The notes: generated by a model not told the origin, from the sequence alone. Positions 48,398-59,090 are shown, counted from the stretch's first letter. The stretch: DNA of 64,000 nt from Candidatus Latescibacterota bacterium (GCA_965248435.1 OZ252100.1:4288001-4352000); one strand, 5' to 3'. Made by a program: numbers and translations.

Positions 48398-49719
48398 TGG
48401 ATGTGAGCGTGTTCGGGCTGGGATACGTGGGCTGTGTGACTGCCGCCGGTTTTGCCAGGGAGGGTCACCAGGTTACGGGCGTGGACGTAAACCCCCAGAA
48501 GGTAGAGATGATCAATTCTGGGAAGAGCCCGATCATCGAGCAGGGCATGGATGACCTCGTTCGAACGGTTCGGGAGGCCGGAAGGCTGAGGGCGACGGGG
48601 AGCACCGAAGAGGCGGTTGAGCATAGCGACTTGTGTTTTGTCTGCGTGGGCACGCCGAGCAACCCAGATGGCAGCCTCGATGACCGGTCTCTGAAACAGG
48701 TCTGCACCCAAATTGGGAACGTGCTGTCCAAGCTGGAGAAATTCTCCACGATCGTCATAAGGAGCACGACCGTTCCAGGCACCGTGGAGAGGAGTCTCCT
48801 GCCTGTTCTGGAAGAGGCGTCGGGAAAGACTTTGGAAAGAGACTTTGATCTGTGTGTCAACCCGGAATTTCTCCGTGAAGGGAGCTCAATTTCAGACTTC
48901 TTCGCGCCGCCCAAGATCGTAATCGGGGAACGGAACAGCTCGGGCGGTGACCTCCTGGCCTCGCTTCATGGCTCCATCGAAGCGCCGCTGTTCCGCACGA
49001 ACATCATGACCGCGGAGCTGGTCAAGTACGCTGACAACGTGTTTCACAGCCTGAAGATTACGTTCGCCAATGAAATGGGCAACATCTGCCGGCGTCTGGA
49101 CCTGGACAGCCATGAATTGATGAAGATCTTCTGCCAGGATACGAAACTCAACATCTCGTCCGCCTACCTCAAGCCCGGGTTCGCGTTCGGCGGGTCCTGT
49201 CTGCCCAAGGATCTGCGCGCATTGCTTCACAAAGCGAGGTCTGTAGATCTGGACCTCCCCGTTCTTGAATCCATTTTGGAGAGCAATAAAAAGCAGCTCG
49301 ACGCTGCGCTCGATATTGTCCTTTCGACCGAAAAGAAGCGGGTGGGTCTGCTCGGACTCAGCTTCAAACCGGGAACGGATGATCTCAGAGAGAGCCCGCT
49401 CGTGGATCTGGTGAAGCGCCTGCTCTCGAAGGGACGTGAGGTAAGCATCTATGACGAGAATGTGTCCTTCGACAAGATGCTGGGGTCCAACAAGGCCTAC
49501 GCGGAGCAGCAGCTTTCAAATTTGAGCGGCTTGTTGTGTGAGTCGATCGATAACGTGGTGAGGAACTCCGAGGTGATCGTCGTGGGGCACAAGAACCGGG
49601 CTTTCAAGGAGGCTTTACGTCAGGTGACAAAGGATCAGGCCGTTGTCGACCTTGTCAGGCTTTACGAACCCGAGGAGTCCGGGGCATTAAAGGGCCCCTA
49701 TCATGGCATCTGCTGGTAA
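48394..49719 (+). CDS. GDP-mannose/UDP-glucose 6-dehydrogenase (AlgD-like)
   Basis: GLGYVG, CVGTP, NPEFLREG, PGFAFGGSCLPKD and FKPGTDDLRESP. Confidence 0.92.
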   Translation: MMDVSVFGLGYVGCVTAAGFAREGHQVTGVDVNPQKVEMINSGKSPIIEQGMDDLVRTVREAGRLRATGSTEEAVEHSDLCFVCVGTPSNPDGSLDDRSLKQVCTQIGNVLSKLEKFSTIVIRSTTVPGTVERSLLPVLEEASGKTLERDFDLCVNPEFLREGSSISDFFAPPKIVIGERNSSGGDLLASLHGSIEAPLFRTNIMTAELVKYADNVFHSLKITFANEMGNICRRLDLDSHELMKIFCQDTKLNISSAYLKPGFAFGGSCLPKDLRALLHKARSVDLDLPVLESILESNKKQLDAALDIVLSTEKKRVGLLGLSFKPGTDDLRESPLVDLVKRLLSKGREVSIYDENVSFDKMLGSNKAYAEQQLSNLSGLLCESIDNVVRNSEVIVVGHKNRAFKEALRQVTKDQAVVDLVRLYEPEESGALKGPYHGICW

Positions 49720-50911
49720 GATCCTGATTATTGTTCAGAACCTGCCCGTGCCCTTCGATCGCCGCGTCTGGCTCGAAGCCGTGACGCTGAAGGAACGCAA
49801 CTACAGGATTTCCGTGGTCTGTCCCAAAGGAATGGGTTTTACGAAGACTTTTGAAGAGATAGACGGGATTTCGATCTATCGGTATCCCTGGTACGAGGCG
49901 CGGAGCCATCCCTTGAGCTTCGCGTTCGAGTTTGCATATTGCTGGATGATGACCGCGATCCTATCCGTCGCTGTATTTTTCAGGGAGGGATTCCAGGTCA
50001 TCCACGCGTGCAATCCTCCGGATACGTTTTTTCTTCTTGCGTTGATCTATCGGCCGTTCGGAATCAAATTCGTGTTCGATCAACACGACCTCTGTCCGGA
50101 GATGTACCTCAGCAACAACCGTGTTTCGGAGGGTCGTGGGATCATCTATCGGTCCTTGCTGGTACTGGAGCGGCTGACCTACGCGTCGGCAGAAATAGTG
50201 CTGGCTACGAATAAATCCTACAAGGAGGTGGCAACAAAGAGGGGAAGACTTGATGAAGAGTGCGTCACCGTGGTCCGGACAGGACCGGATTTCAACCGTT
50301 TGAAGATCGTGCCTCCCGATGAATTACTCAAGAAAGGCAAGCGGTTTCTGATCTGTTATCTGGGATCGATGGGTTCTCACGATGGGGTCGACTACCTCAT
50401 CAGATCTTTCAGGACGCTGGTCACAGACCTGCGATTCAAGGACGCGCACCTCGCCCTTATCGGAGGGGGCACTCACGTGAGCGAGCTCAAAGCCCTGGTC
50501 AAGACTTTCGCGCTTCAGGAATATGTTACATTCACGGGCAGAATTTCTGATGAGGAGGTGAATCTCTATCTGTCGACGGCAGACCTGTGCGCGAGTCCGG
50601 ACCCCAAAGATTCGTTCAACGACAAGTCGACGATGAACAAAACGCTTGAATACATGGCGATGGCAAAACCGATCGTAGCTTTTGATCTCAAGGAAACGAG
50701 ATTCTCCGCCCGGGATGCTGCGCGCTATGCCCACCCAAATGACGAAAGGGATTTTTCCGAACAGATGAAGGCACTTCTTCTGGATCCGCTGGAGCGAGAA
50801 AGGATGGGAAGATTTGGAAGGGTGCGGATCGAAAACGAATTGTCGTGGGAGCATACAAGACATGCTCTGTTGAAGGCTTACTCTGGGCTGATCCAGAAGA
50901 GCTATACGTGA
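49703..50911 (+). CDS. Glycosyltransferase family 4
   Basis: NLPVPFDRRVW, HACNPPD and STMNKTLEYMAMAKPIV. Confidence 0.92.
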   Translation: MASAGKILIIVQNLPVPFDRRVWLEAVTLKERNYRISVVCPKGMGFTKTFEEIDGISIYRYPWYEARSHPLSFAFEFAYCWMMTAILSVAVFFREGFQVIHACNPPDTFFLLALIYRPFGIKFVFDQHDLCPEMYLSNNRVSEGRGIIYRSLLVLERLTYASAEIVLATNKSYKEVATKRGRLDEECVTVVRTGPDFNRLKIVPPDELLKKGKRFLICYLGSMGSHDGVDYLIRSFRTLVTDLRFKDAHLALIGGGTHVSELKALVKTFALQEYVTFTGRISDEEVNLYLSTADLCASPDPKDSFNDKSTMNKTLEYMAMAKPIVAFDLKETRFSARDAARYAHPNDERDFSEQMKALLLDPLERERMGRFGRVRIENELSWEHTRHALLKAYSGLIQKSYT

Positions 50912-52221
50912 TTCGTTCCAACAAGCAGGCTGTTCAGAATAGAAGGGTCGTCCTGGGTTTGACCCTTGTCTTCGCCGCCATCGTCCCTCACAGATACCTG
51001 ATCCTGCCCGAATTCCAGAGTCTATTCCAACCCGTTTTCCCCCTTCTCTTCCGGTTCTTGCCTGTCGTCGTCATTTTCGCGCTGGCAGCAGAATGGATTC
51101 TGCGCGAAGGCGTGCATTCCGTCCTCCGCGGCGCGGCGTCCAGCCCAGCGGCAATCTGGCTGGCATGCCTCCTGCTCTCCGGAATCTTGAGCGTTTGGAA
51201 CGCACCGAATCCGGCATTCTCGTTGGCAAGGACCCTTTACTATTTCCTGCCGGGGATATTGTGCTATTTCGTCTTTCTGCGCTTTGGGGGAGATGAGCAC
51301 GGCGTCAAGTGGCTTGTCACAGTCGTTTTCTGCGCGGGTGCTGTGATAGGCCTCTATGGAATCGCTGAGTTCTTCGCTGGAAAAAACTTCCTGTTCAGAG
51401 AGACGTTCAGTGTGCAAAATCCGCTGTATCGCCAATTCGCACACACCGGATACGTCTGGCGGATTTCGGCAACGATCGGACATCCCGTATACACCGGAAC
51501 GTTTCTGATGATGTGTCTACCCTTCGGTTTTTTCCATTACGTGTCCGCGGGCTCCTGGAAGGGAAAGACGCTGTCGGCGCTTGGTACTTCCGCAGTAACG
51601 GTCGCACTATTTCTGACCTTCACGCGCGGGGCCTGGATTGGGGCATTGGTGAGTCTCTTTTTTTTCTTGAGGAGACGTCCAGAGGTCTATAAATTATTAA
51701 TTCTTATAGTATTACTCGGAAGCATAGTGGTTTTCGCCAGACCGAATCGAACTTTTCAAGTTCTGAAATCGCGAAATCCATGGGAGGATGTCGGCAAGCT
51801 GCAGGGCTTCGGTTTCCGTCTTATGTCCTACAAACATTCCTCGGTTGCCATTGAAAGGCACCCTTTGTTCGGAATCGGATCGGGAAATTACCGCTATCTC
51901 CCCCTTAGCCACGGAGAGAAGAGCGATACTCCCGATAATATGTATCTCCGTGTCCAGGCCGAAAACGGTCTATTCGGCCTCGCTTCCCTGGTGGGAGTTC
52001 TCGTGGTCATCCTCAGAAACAGTCTGGCAGGAAGCCGGAGGAAAGGAATCCCTGGAGTCCTTTCCTCGGCGTTCTGTGCGTCATTCATTGGTTTCTATAT
52101 CGATCTGCTGACCTGTGACGCGCTTTACTTTCCGTTGACAAGAATGACATTTTGGGGCTTGGCGGGCCTGGAGATGGGCCTTTCAAGCCCAGAACGCGAA
52201 GAAACAGAGGAAATCGTTTGA
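50908..52221 (+). CDS. O-antigen ligase/Wzy_C family membrane protein
   Basis: RISATIGHP, LTFTRGAWIG, HPLFGIGSG and DNMYL....ENGLFG. GTG start at 50908. Confidence 0.85.
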   Translation: MIRSNKQAVQNRRVVLGLTLVFAAIVPHRYLILPEFQSLFQPVFPLLFRFLPVVVIFALAAEWILREGVHSVLRGAASSPAAIWLACLLLSGILSVWNAPNPAFSLARTLYYFLPGILCYFVFLRFGGDEHGVKWLVTVVFCAGAVIGLYGIAEFFAGKNFLFRETFSVQNPLYRQFAHTGYVWRISATIGHPVYTGTFLMMCLPFGFFHYVSAGSWKGKTLSALGTSAVTVALFLTFTRGAWIGALVSLFFFLRRRPEVYKLLILIVLLGSIVVFARPNRTFQVLKSRNPWEDVGKLQGFGFRLMSYKHSSVAIERHPLFGIGSGNYRYLPLSHGEKSDTPDNMYLRVQAENGLFGLASLVGVLVVILRNSLAGSRRKGIPGVLSSAFCASFIGFYIDLLTCDALYFPLTRMTFWGLAGLEMGLSSPEREETEEIV

Positions 52222-53641
52222 GACCTAGAAATTTCATAACAGCTATTCTTGTCCTTATGGACTTTCTTCTGCTTGACCTGACTTTCCTGCTGGCCTATTG
52301 GCTTAGGTTCAACCTGCCATTCTTGCCCGTAAGGCCAGTGGAGCCCTTTGACCTCTATTTGAGGTTCTCCTTTCTCGTTGCCTCCTTCGGATGTATCGCA
52401 CTTTACACATCACGTACCTACGACTTTGATCGGTCTTTCGGGCTGCGTCAGATTTTCGACATCGTTCGTGCGCTAACCCTGGCCTCACTCAGCTTGATGA
52501 TCGTTGTGTATTCATTGAGGGGGTACATTACGCACTACGATACCCAGTTGTATTCCAGACTCGTCATCATCCTGTCCTGGTCTTTGAGCCTGGTTTCAAT
52601 GACGGGCTGGAGATGGGCTTTAACCGGTTGCTGGGTCGTCTTAGGGCTACCGGAAGAGCGGTCAACCGCGTCCTCCTGCTGGGAACTGAGGAAGCGAGTT
52701 GCAGACTCTACAGCACGATGATGAAAAGGCCGGTGCTGGGCTACCGCCCTGTCGGGTGTCTGACCGACTCCGACCTGCACCCTGTGTCGCACGAAATGGA
52801 GATCCTGGGGACGTTGCAGCATCTTCCTGAAGTCTTAAAAACCAGGGTTGTGGATGAAGTGATTCTGACGATCCCGCACCTAAAAGGCGAGTTAATCGCG
52901 ATGCTGATGAATGCCTGTCAGCGGGCCGACGTGAAGTTCAGCATGGTTCCAAGCTTTTTCGAGATCCTGACGAGCCATACGGAGCCTAGGGAGGTCTCCG
53001 GGATCCCCATCTTTTCGGTAGAGGAGCCAATTCTTCGGGCGTGGAATCGTCGGGTCAAACGGGGAATGGATATTTTCTTGAGTCTTGGATTCATTGCTGT
53101 GACGTTTCCAATCTGGATGTTCTCTGCACTGGCGATCAGGCTGGATTCGCCGGGGTCCGCGCTCTTCAGGCAGCGGCGAATGGGAAAGGGAGAAAAGTAT
53201 TTTGAAATGTACAAGTTTCGGTCGATGACAGAGGGCGCAGAGGAACTTCGCGATGAACTGGAAGACCTGAACGAAGCTCAGGGACCGATCTTTAAGATTC
53301 GGGAAGACCCCCGAACCACATCGGTCGGTCGGTGGATTCGGCGCTGGAGCATCGACGAGCTTCCTCAACTGATTAACGTAATAAAGGGCGAGATGAGTAT
53401 CGTCGGTCCGCGTCCCTATCCGATCACGGAGTCCGAGCAGTTTGACACGTTCGAGCGACGTCGTTACGACGTCCTACCCGGGGTTACGGGGCTCGCTCAG
53501 GTGAGTGGACGCAGCGATCTGGACACAGATGAAATCCTCCGGCTCGATCTCTACTACATCGAAAACTGGTCCATCGGCCTGGATATCGAAATCCTCATAA
53601 AGACACTTCCGGCCGTCGTCACACGCAAAGGAGCATATTGA
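52218..53641 (+). CDS. WcaJ/WbaP-type priming sugar-phosphate transferase split by a -1 frameshift near 52615 (ORFs 52152-52721 and 52613-53641)
   Basis: The first ORF holds the 4-TM N-terminus. The second ORF holds the middle domain and the PGT core KR..DI, KFRSM, DPR.T.VG, DELPQL.NV..GEMS.VGPRP and D..YIENWS. Confidence 0.88.
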
Positions 53642-53642
53642 C

Positions 53643-55184
53643 ATGTCTCCGACTCTGACGAACAGGTCTGCGCAGCTCGTTATTTACATTTGTTCGATCC
53701 TGATCTTGATTGCCGGTCTAAGTTCATTCGGACATTTGACCTGGAGGGAGTGTCTGCGCTTGTTCTTGATTATGTCGGGAATCCTTGTCCTCTACTTCCG
53801 GTATCGCAAGGTGCTTGGGTCAGCCGTTTCGAAGCACGACCCCCGAGATGAGGGAATATTCTATTCGGCAGCCGTAATCGTTGCCCTGACTTTGATCTTC
53901 GTGACGACACAATTTGATCCTTTCTTTTCGGGTTCAGGAAACAGGACATCCGAAACTTGGCTGAGTCCCTTCTTAGTCTCTACAATACTGCTGGCAGGTG
54001 TTATGACGGCTTCATATCTCGGGTCGGGTAGGACAGCGCGGCGCAATTTCTCCAACCTGGACTGGATCGTGCTTTGGATGATCGTCGTCGTTATCCTCAT
54101 ATCTTTGCTTTCGAACCAATTCCTTGGCGGGGGGATCACATCCACCGACTTGGTTTCGAATACGAAGATTTTGAGCTATCTGCTGGTCTGGTTTCCGGTC
54201 ACGCGCGTTCTGTCAGATTCGGAGTGGGCCGCCGACTCGGTTCTCAGTCGATCGGGTTTGAGGCTGGTTTCGGATCGATGGAAGGGGCTGCTCGCTGGCG
54301 TCATGGTGTTATTCGTATCAGCTTTGATCTTCGGTGTCTATCGAGCAGGAGCGGTCATCTATCGTTATGACGTCAGTCAAAGGCTATACGAGTCCGGTGA
54401 TCTGGAGTCGGCAAAGGCGCATTACGCGATTCTAAGGAAAATGAACAAATCAATCGACATGGGTTGGATGCGCGATAGATATCTGAGCGATTTGGCGGCG
54501 ATATTGCTAAAGGATGGAGACCAGGCCTCCGCGCAGGCAGCGATCGCCGAAATGCAGAATGCCACGGTAGATCCATCTGATGCACATCGCAAGGCAGGGG
54601 AGGTCTATGGTAGAGCGCAGCGGTGGGACCTGGCCGCATCATCCTTCGGGAGAAGTCTAAAAGAGGTGAAAGGCGTCGGTTCCAATACAGGCCTGGTTGC
54701 GCGTCTGGGAACGGCCTACATGAATCTACGCGATCCAGGGTGCTTTCAACGATTGATCGAAGAACACAAGCAAGTGCCTGACGTTGAGGCCTCTACCTAC
54801 GGGGATCATATTTTTCTCGGGAATATCCATCTTTCTCGGCAGGATTATTCGGCTGCTCGGCACCATTTTGGGGCTTCTGTAGAGTTGAAATCTCTCGATT
54901 CCTACGCGATTTACAAGATAGGTCGAACGTATCTTGAAGAAGGAAGGTATGAGAAGGCGGAGGAGAGGTTTGAATACGCGGTCGAGATCGACCCTGAATT
55001 TGCGGATGCATACTATTGGCTGGGTGTTAGCCTTGAACGGCTTGGAAAAGAAAAAAGGTCCGCAAAGATGTACAGGAGAGCCGTTGAGATTCTGCCCAGT
55101 CATCTTGACGGGCTTGTGGCGCTACAAAGAATGCGCCCCGGAAAACAATTGAACTCAGACAATCCTAGAATTGAGAAACGGTGA
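53643..55184 (+). CDS. Membrane protein with C-terminal TPR repeats
   Basis: About 7 N-terminal TMs, then TPR-like repeats (IGRTY..EGRYEKA...FEYAVEIDPEFADAYYWLG). Confidence 0.78.
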   Translation: MSPTLTNRSAQLVIYICSILILIAGLSSFGHLTWRECLRLFLIMSGILVLYFRYRKVLGSAVSKHDPRDEGIFYSAAVIVALTLIFVTTQFDPFFSGSGNRTSETWLSPFLVSTILLAGVMTASYLGSGRTARRNFSNLDWIVLWMIVVVILISLLSNQFLGGGITSTDLVSNTKILSYLLVWFPVTRVLSDSEWAADSVLSRSGLRLVSDRWKGLLAGVMVLFVSALIFGVYRAGAVIYRYDVSQRLYESGDLESAKAHYAILRKMNKSIDMGWMRDRYLSDLAAILLKDGDQASAQAAIAEMQNATVDPSDAHRKAGEVYGRAQRWDLAASSFGRSLKEVKGVGSNTGLVARLGTAYMNLRDPGCFQRLIEEHKQVPDVEASTYGDHIFLGNIHLSRQDYSAARHHFGASVELKSLDSYAIYKIGRTYLEEGRYEKAEERFEYAVEIDPEFADAYYWLGVSLERLGKEKRSAKMYRRAVEILPSHLDGLVALQRMRPGKQLNSDNPRIEKR

Positions 55185-55343
55185 TGAGCCTCGGGTTCCT
55201 CTTCTGGGGTTTCGAATCTACACCTCGTCCGTCTCTTCTCCAATGCACTACAGGATCTTGCAGGTACGGAGCAATGACCGAAAATTTAAGAGGTCTGGTA
55301 AAGTGTGTGGAGGAATTGACAGGCGACCTCTATAAGGCACAAA

Positions 55344-57578
55344 CTATCGCTGGTTGATGGCCCTTAACGTTGAAAGCTTTTGCCGAACGTTTTCGACCAC
55401 TTCAGATTCGCCCTCCCAAAGATCCAAGAACTTCCCGTAAGCCTCTATCGCTTCAGCTATTCTTCCTTGCCGGGCATAAAGCATTCCAAGTCCCAAGTAG
55501 GGTTCGGGTAAATTCGGTTCCATTTCCGTCGCAGATTCATAAGCTGCCAGCGCCTCCTCTTCCCTCCCTAACAGCAAAGCCGATGTTGCCAATCCAATGT
55601 ATGCTTGTGCGAACCGTGGAAGTAACCTAACGGCTTGGCGATAGCGTCGTAAGGCATCCTCATTCCATCCCCGATCGTGGTAAAACCCTGCCAGGTTAAA
55701 CATCAGTTGCCCATCATTTGGACTGCGGCTAACTGCCCTCTCGTAGGCCCCGTGCGCCTCCTTGATCTGGCCGAGGCGGCGATAAGTAACTGCTATGTCA
55801 CGATACAGGGAGCCCTCTAGGGGTTCCAGTTCCAAGGCTCTGAGGAAGGCCTCCTTGGCGGCTTCCAGCTGATTCAGTAGAATCGATAGTTTTCCGATCC
55901 TCTGATACGCTTCCACCGAGTTTGGATGATACCTCAAGCATCCCCTGCTGGCCTCCAAGGCTTTTTCGTATTTACCGTCCTGAGCGTAGGCATGCGCTTG
56001 TAACAGCAACAGGCGATAGTCGAATACCCCCAAAGAAACGGCACGTTCTACAGCATGCTGAGCCGCGTCCCAGTTTTTTCCATTCGAGAATGCAAGGGCC
56101 CAGTAGAACGCCCGCGCAGCACGATATGTCCGAGTGACTGGATAGATACTTGCAGCCAAGCAAATGAAGCAGATCCCGGGAATCAGCACAGATTTTAGAG
56201 CCACCCTGGTTCCTGGCTTGGTCTTGGGATCCAGAGTCCCCCAGGTCCCGGAGACGATACCCAAGTAGAACCAAATTAACATGGTTGGCGGAATACGCTC
56301 ACGAGGGAAACTGAAGATGGCGTGTCCAGAAATAGCAAAGATACTCACTGCGATGGCAAACAGAGTGAGTCCAAGCCACGGATCCTTTTGGCGCTGGAGC
56401 ATCCGGAGAATCAGGAACATAACCGAAACCAGCAACCAGAAGTAGACCACAAGGCCAGGGAGGCCCAATTCAGAAGCGATCCACAGGAAGTCATTGTGCG
56501 GTCGCATATAGAGGGCGCCGGACGAAAGGACGAAGTTCTCCTGGCCATATTTCAGATGAACAAGCGCCCAGTTCCCGATTCCAACTCCGGTCATCCAATG
56601 ATCGCTCGCGATCTTAAGCGTTTTTTCCCATAAGGGGAGACGGGCCGCAAAATGTCTGTGACCTTTTAGTTGGTCAGCCTTCACGATCGATTTCACGGTC
56701 TCCAAGACCTCGGCCTTCTTCTCCTCCAGTGGAGCAGGGTCCCTCCGGGAAGCAACTGTGGTGGTTTTTTCGGGATGAATCTGAGCACCTCCGACAATCA
56801 CGCACAGAATGAGGATTCCGATGAGGATCTTACGTCCTCTGAAGGAGGACCTGAGATCCCGAAATAGGGGCCAGGGACGTGTGAGGATGGCCAGGATCAC
56901 GGTTAGAAACGTGATTAGAAGGGCGCCGGCCATCCCCACCCAGGCTCCCCGGGTTCGTGTGTATATCAGAAAGAGGACCGGTAGGGTGAACAAAAGGCCC
57001 CAGGCAAACTCCCATTTCGCCTCGCGGGCCATCACGAATGGGATCACAGCGAGGGGGATGACCATCACAAGGTACATAGCTGCCAGATTGCGGTAAAAGA
57101 GCGTCGAACTGGGCTGCCCGGCCGATGGGATGTCCAGGAATCCGATACGAATATACTGGCATATCCCGATGGCAGAGATCAAGGCCGCAGTGCACGTAAG
57201 CACGTGGATCCAGATGATGAGGTTGCGCCTGTTGAAGGTGCGGGATACGGCAAGGAAAAGGACGAAGCCAGCAAATAACTTGATGACCTCAAGGCCGCTG
57301 CTGAATGGATTGATGGCTCTAAACCACGAGACGCCCGAAATCAAAAGAAACAGCAGGGCAGGCAGATCAAGAGGAAATCGTCCGGAAGTTGAGCGACCCT
57401 GCCAGGCCAGTATCATCCAGCGGGCTACCAGGACGAGCGTCGCGATCTGGGCGGTAAGGAGTTTGGGCCAAAGCACAAAGTCGGGATATTGATGCTCCGC
57501 GTAGACAAGAGGCACCGCCACAAGCAGCAGGATCCCCCCAAACAAGGTCACATTGATGCCCGTGTTTTTAGTTAGCAT
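55344..57578 (-). CDS. O-antigen ligase (Wzy_C) domain fused to TPR repeats
   Basis: YTRTRGAWVG, GVGIGNW and PHNDFL....ELG..G, followed by several TPRs in the last ~250 aa. Confidence 0.87.
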   Translation of the reverse strand: MLTKNTGINVTLFGGILLLVAVPLVYAEHQYPDFVLWPKLLTAQIATLVLVARWMILAWQGRSTSGRFPLDLPALLFLLISGVSWFRAINPFSSGLEVIKLFAGFVLFLAVSRTFNRRNLIIWIHVLTCTAALISAIGICQYIRIGFLDIPSAGQPSSTLFYRNLAAMYLVMVIPLAVIPFVMAREAKWEFAWGLLFTLPVLFLIYTRTRGAWVGMAGALLITFLTVILAILTRPWPLFRDLRSSFRGRKILIGILILCVIVGGAQIHPEKTTTVASRRDPAPLEEKKAEVLETVKSIVKADQLKGHRHFAARLPLWEKTLKIASDHWMTGVGIGNWALVHLKYGQENFVLSSGALYMRPHNDFLWIASELGLPGLVVYFWLLVSVMFLILRMLQRQKDPWLGLTLFAIAVSIFAISGHAIFSFPRERIPPTMLIWFYLGIVSGTWGTLDPKTKPGTRVALKSVLIPGICFICLAASIYPVTRTYRAARAFYWALAFSNGKNWDAAQHAVERAVSLGVFDYRLLLLQAHAYAQDGKYEKALEASRGCLRYHPNSVEAYQRIGKLSILLNQLEAAKEAFLRALELEPLEGSLYRDIAVTYRRLGQIKEAHGAYERAVSRSPNDGQLMFNLAGFYHDRGWNEDALRRYRQAVRLLPRFAQAYIGLATSALLLGREEEALAAYESATEMEPNLPEPYLGLGMLYARQGRIAEAIEAYGKFLDLWEGESEVVENVRQKLSTLRAINQR

Positions 57579-57636
57579 TTACTGTATTTTGGAAGTGAGA
57601 TTCATTAGGGTTCAAAATCTGAAAGGAATTAGCGAT

Positions 57637-57681
57637 AAAAAAGAACAGCCCACAAACGGCTTAAGCGTTCGCGGGCTGTTC
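57637..57681 (-). terminator. Rho-independent terminator of glnK-amtB
   Basis: Inverted repeat GAACAGCCC...GGGCTGTTC (57643-57681), followed by a T6 run on the minus strand, about 50 nt after the amtB stop. Confidence 0.75.
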
Positions 57682-57734
57682 CCGTATTCAAAGGCGTAGA
57701 TTTACGACACCTTCTTTCTCGAATCTCGTGGTTG

Positions 57735-59063
57735 CTAAAGGTTGTAGCCCTGTTCGTCGTGAAGCGAGATATCCAGGCCTGAGGTCTCCTCTTCCTGAGT
57801 GACCCGCAGGCCGATGGTGGCGTCTATAATCTTGAGCAGGATCAGTGAGACAATGCCGCAATAGATGATCGTTGTAACAACACCGATAAGCTGCGCCCCG
57901 AGCTGCTTGCCGATCGTCATGCCCTCAGCCAGCCCCGCACCGCCGAGCCCTTCAGCCACGAAGACCCCTGTGAGCAAGGCACCGACGATGCCGCCGACGG
58001 CGTGGACCCCAAACGCGTCCAGGGAGTCGTCATAGCCGCATTTTCGCTTCAGAGTGGTCGCGGCCCAGAAACAGATCACGCCCGAGGCGATGCCGATCGC
58101 GATGGCGCCCATCGGCCCGACGCTCCCCGAAGCCGGAGTAATCGCCACAAGACCCGCCACAGCGCCGGTAACCGTTCCCAGGGCGCTGGGTTTTCCATGT
58201 TTTCCCCACTCCGTTAACATCCAGGCCAGTGCTGCTGTAGCAGTGGCGATTTGGGTCACGAGCATGGCCATTCCCGCCGCGCCGTCGGCTGCCAGGGCGC
58301 TGCCGGCGTTGAAGCCAAACCAGCCCACCCAGAGCATAGACGCACCCACGACGGTGAGGGTGAGACTGTGGGGAGGCATGGGCGTGTTCGGATATCCCTG
58401 ACGCTTGCCGATGACCAGGGCTGCCATGAGGGCTGCGACGCCCGCATTGATGTGGACGACGGTCCCGCCCGCGAAATCCAGCACGCCTCGATCTCCGAAG
58501 AACGATCCGTCACCGCTCCAGGCCATGTGGCAGACCGGCGCATAGACGAGGATGGACCAGAGGCCCATGAACCAGAGCGTAGCCGAGAACTTCATGCGTT
58601 CGGCAAAGGCGCCGACGATCAGGGCTGGGGTGATGATAGCAAAGGTCAACTGGAATGTCACAAAGACCGATTCAGGAATGGTTCCACTGAGCGTGTCTGT
58701 TTTGATTCCTGAGAGAAAGGCCTTGCCGAGACTTCCGACAAAGGAACGGAGGTTCGTGACGCCCGCCGCCATGCCAGTGGTATCGAAGGCTAGGCTGTAG
58801 CCGCAGACGGTCCAGATAATCGTGATCAGTCCAGTGATGGCGAAGCATTGCATCAAGACTGAAAGGATGTTCTTGGAGCGGACGAGACCGCCATAGAATA
58901 AGGCTAGGCCGGGTATGGTCATAAATAGGACAAGGGCCGTCGACGTGAGCAGCCAGGCTGTGTCCCCTGAACTCAGCTCATCGGCCAAGGCTGGTGCAGG
59001 CAGGCCTACTATGAGGAGAAATCCAAAACATGGCAAGCACAGACGAATGATCCATCTGGTCAT
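57735..59063 (-). CDS. amtB: Ammonium transporter
   Basis: GLALFYGG, FQLTFA, DFAGGTVVH, WFGFNAGS and DDSLDAFGVH. Confidence 0.97.
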   Translation of the reverse strand: MTRWIIRLCLPCFGFLLIVGLPAPALADELSSGDTAWLLTSTALVLFMTIPGLALFYGGLVRSKNILSVLMQCFAITGLITIIWTVCGYSLAFDTTGMAAGVTNLRSFVGSLGKAFLSGIKTDTLSGTIPESVFVTFQLTFAIITPALIVGAFAERMKFSATLWFMGLWSILVYAPVCHMAWSGDGSFFGDRGVLDFAGGTVVHINAGVAALMAALVIGKRQGYPNTPMPPHSLTLTVVGASMLWVGWFGFNAGSALAADGAAGMAMLVTQIATATAALAWMLTEWGKHGKPSALGTVTGAVAGLVAITPASGSVGPMGAIAIGIASGVICFWAATTLKRKCGYDDSLDAFGVHAVGGIVGALLTGVFVAEGLGGAGLAEGMTIGKQLGAQLIGVVTTIIYCGIVSLILLKIIDATIGLRVTQEEETSGLDISLHDEQGYNL

Positions 59064-59090
59064 AACAAATTCCCTCCCCGGTGACAGCGC

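Noticed and set aside
51658-51665. T8 tract in the ligase gene (also an intergenic T8 at 22390-22397) as a phase-variation site
   Set aside because: It is short, in frame and explained by Phe codons in a TM segment. There is no evidence of length variation.
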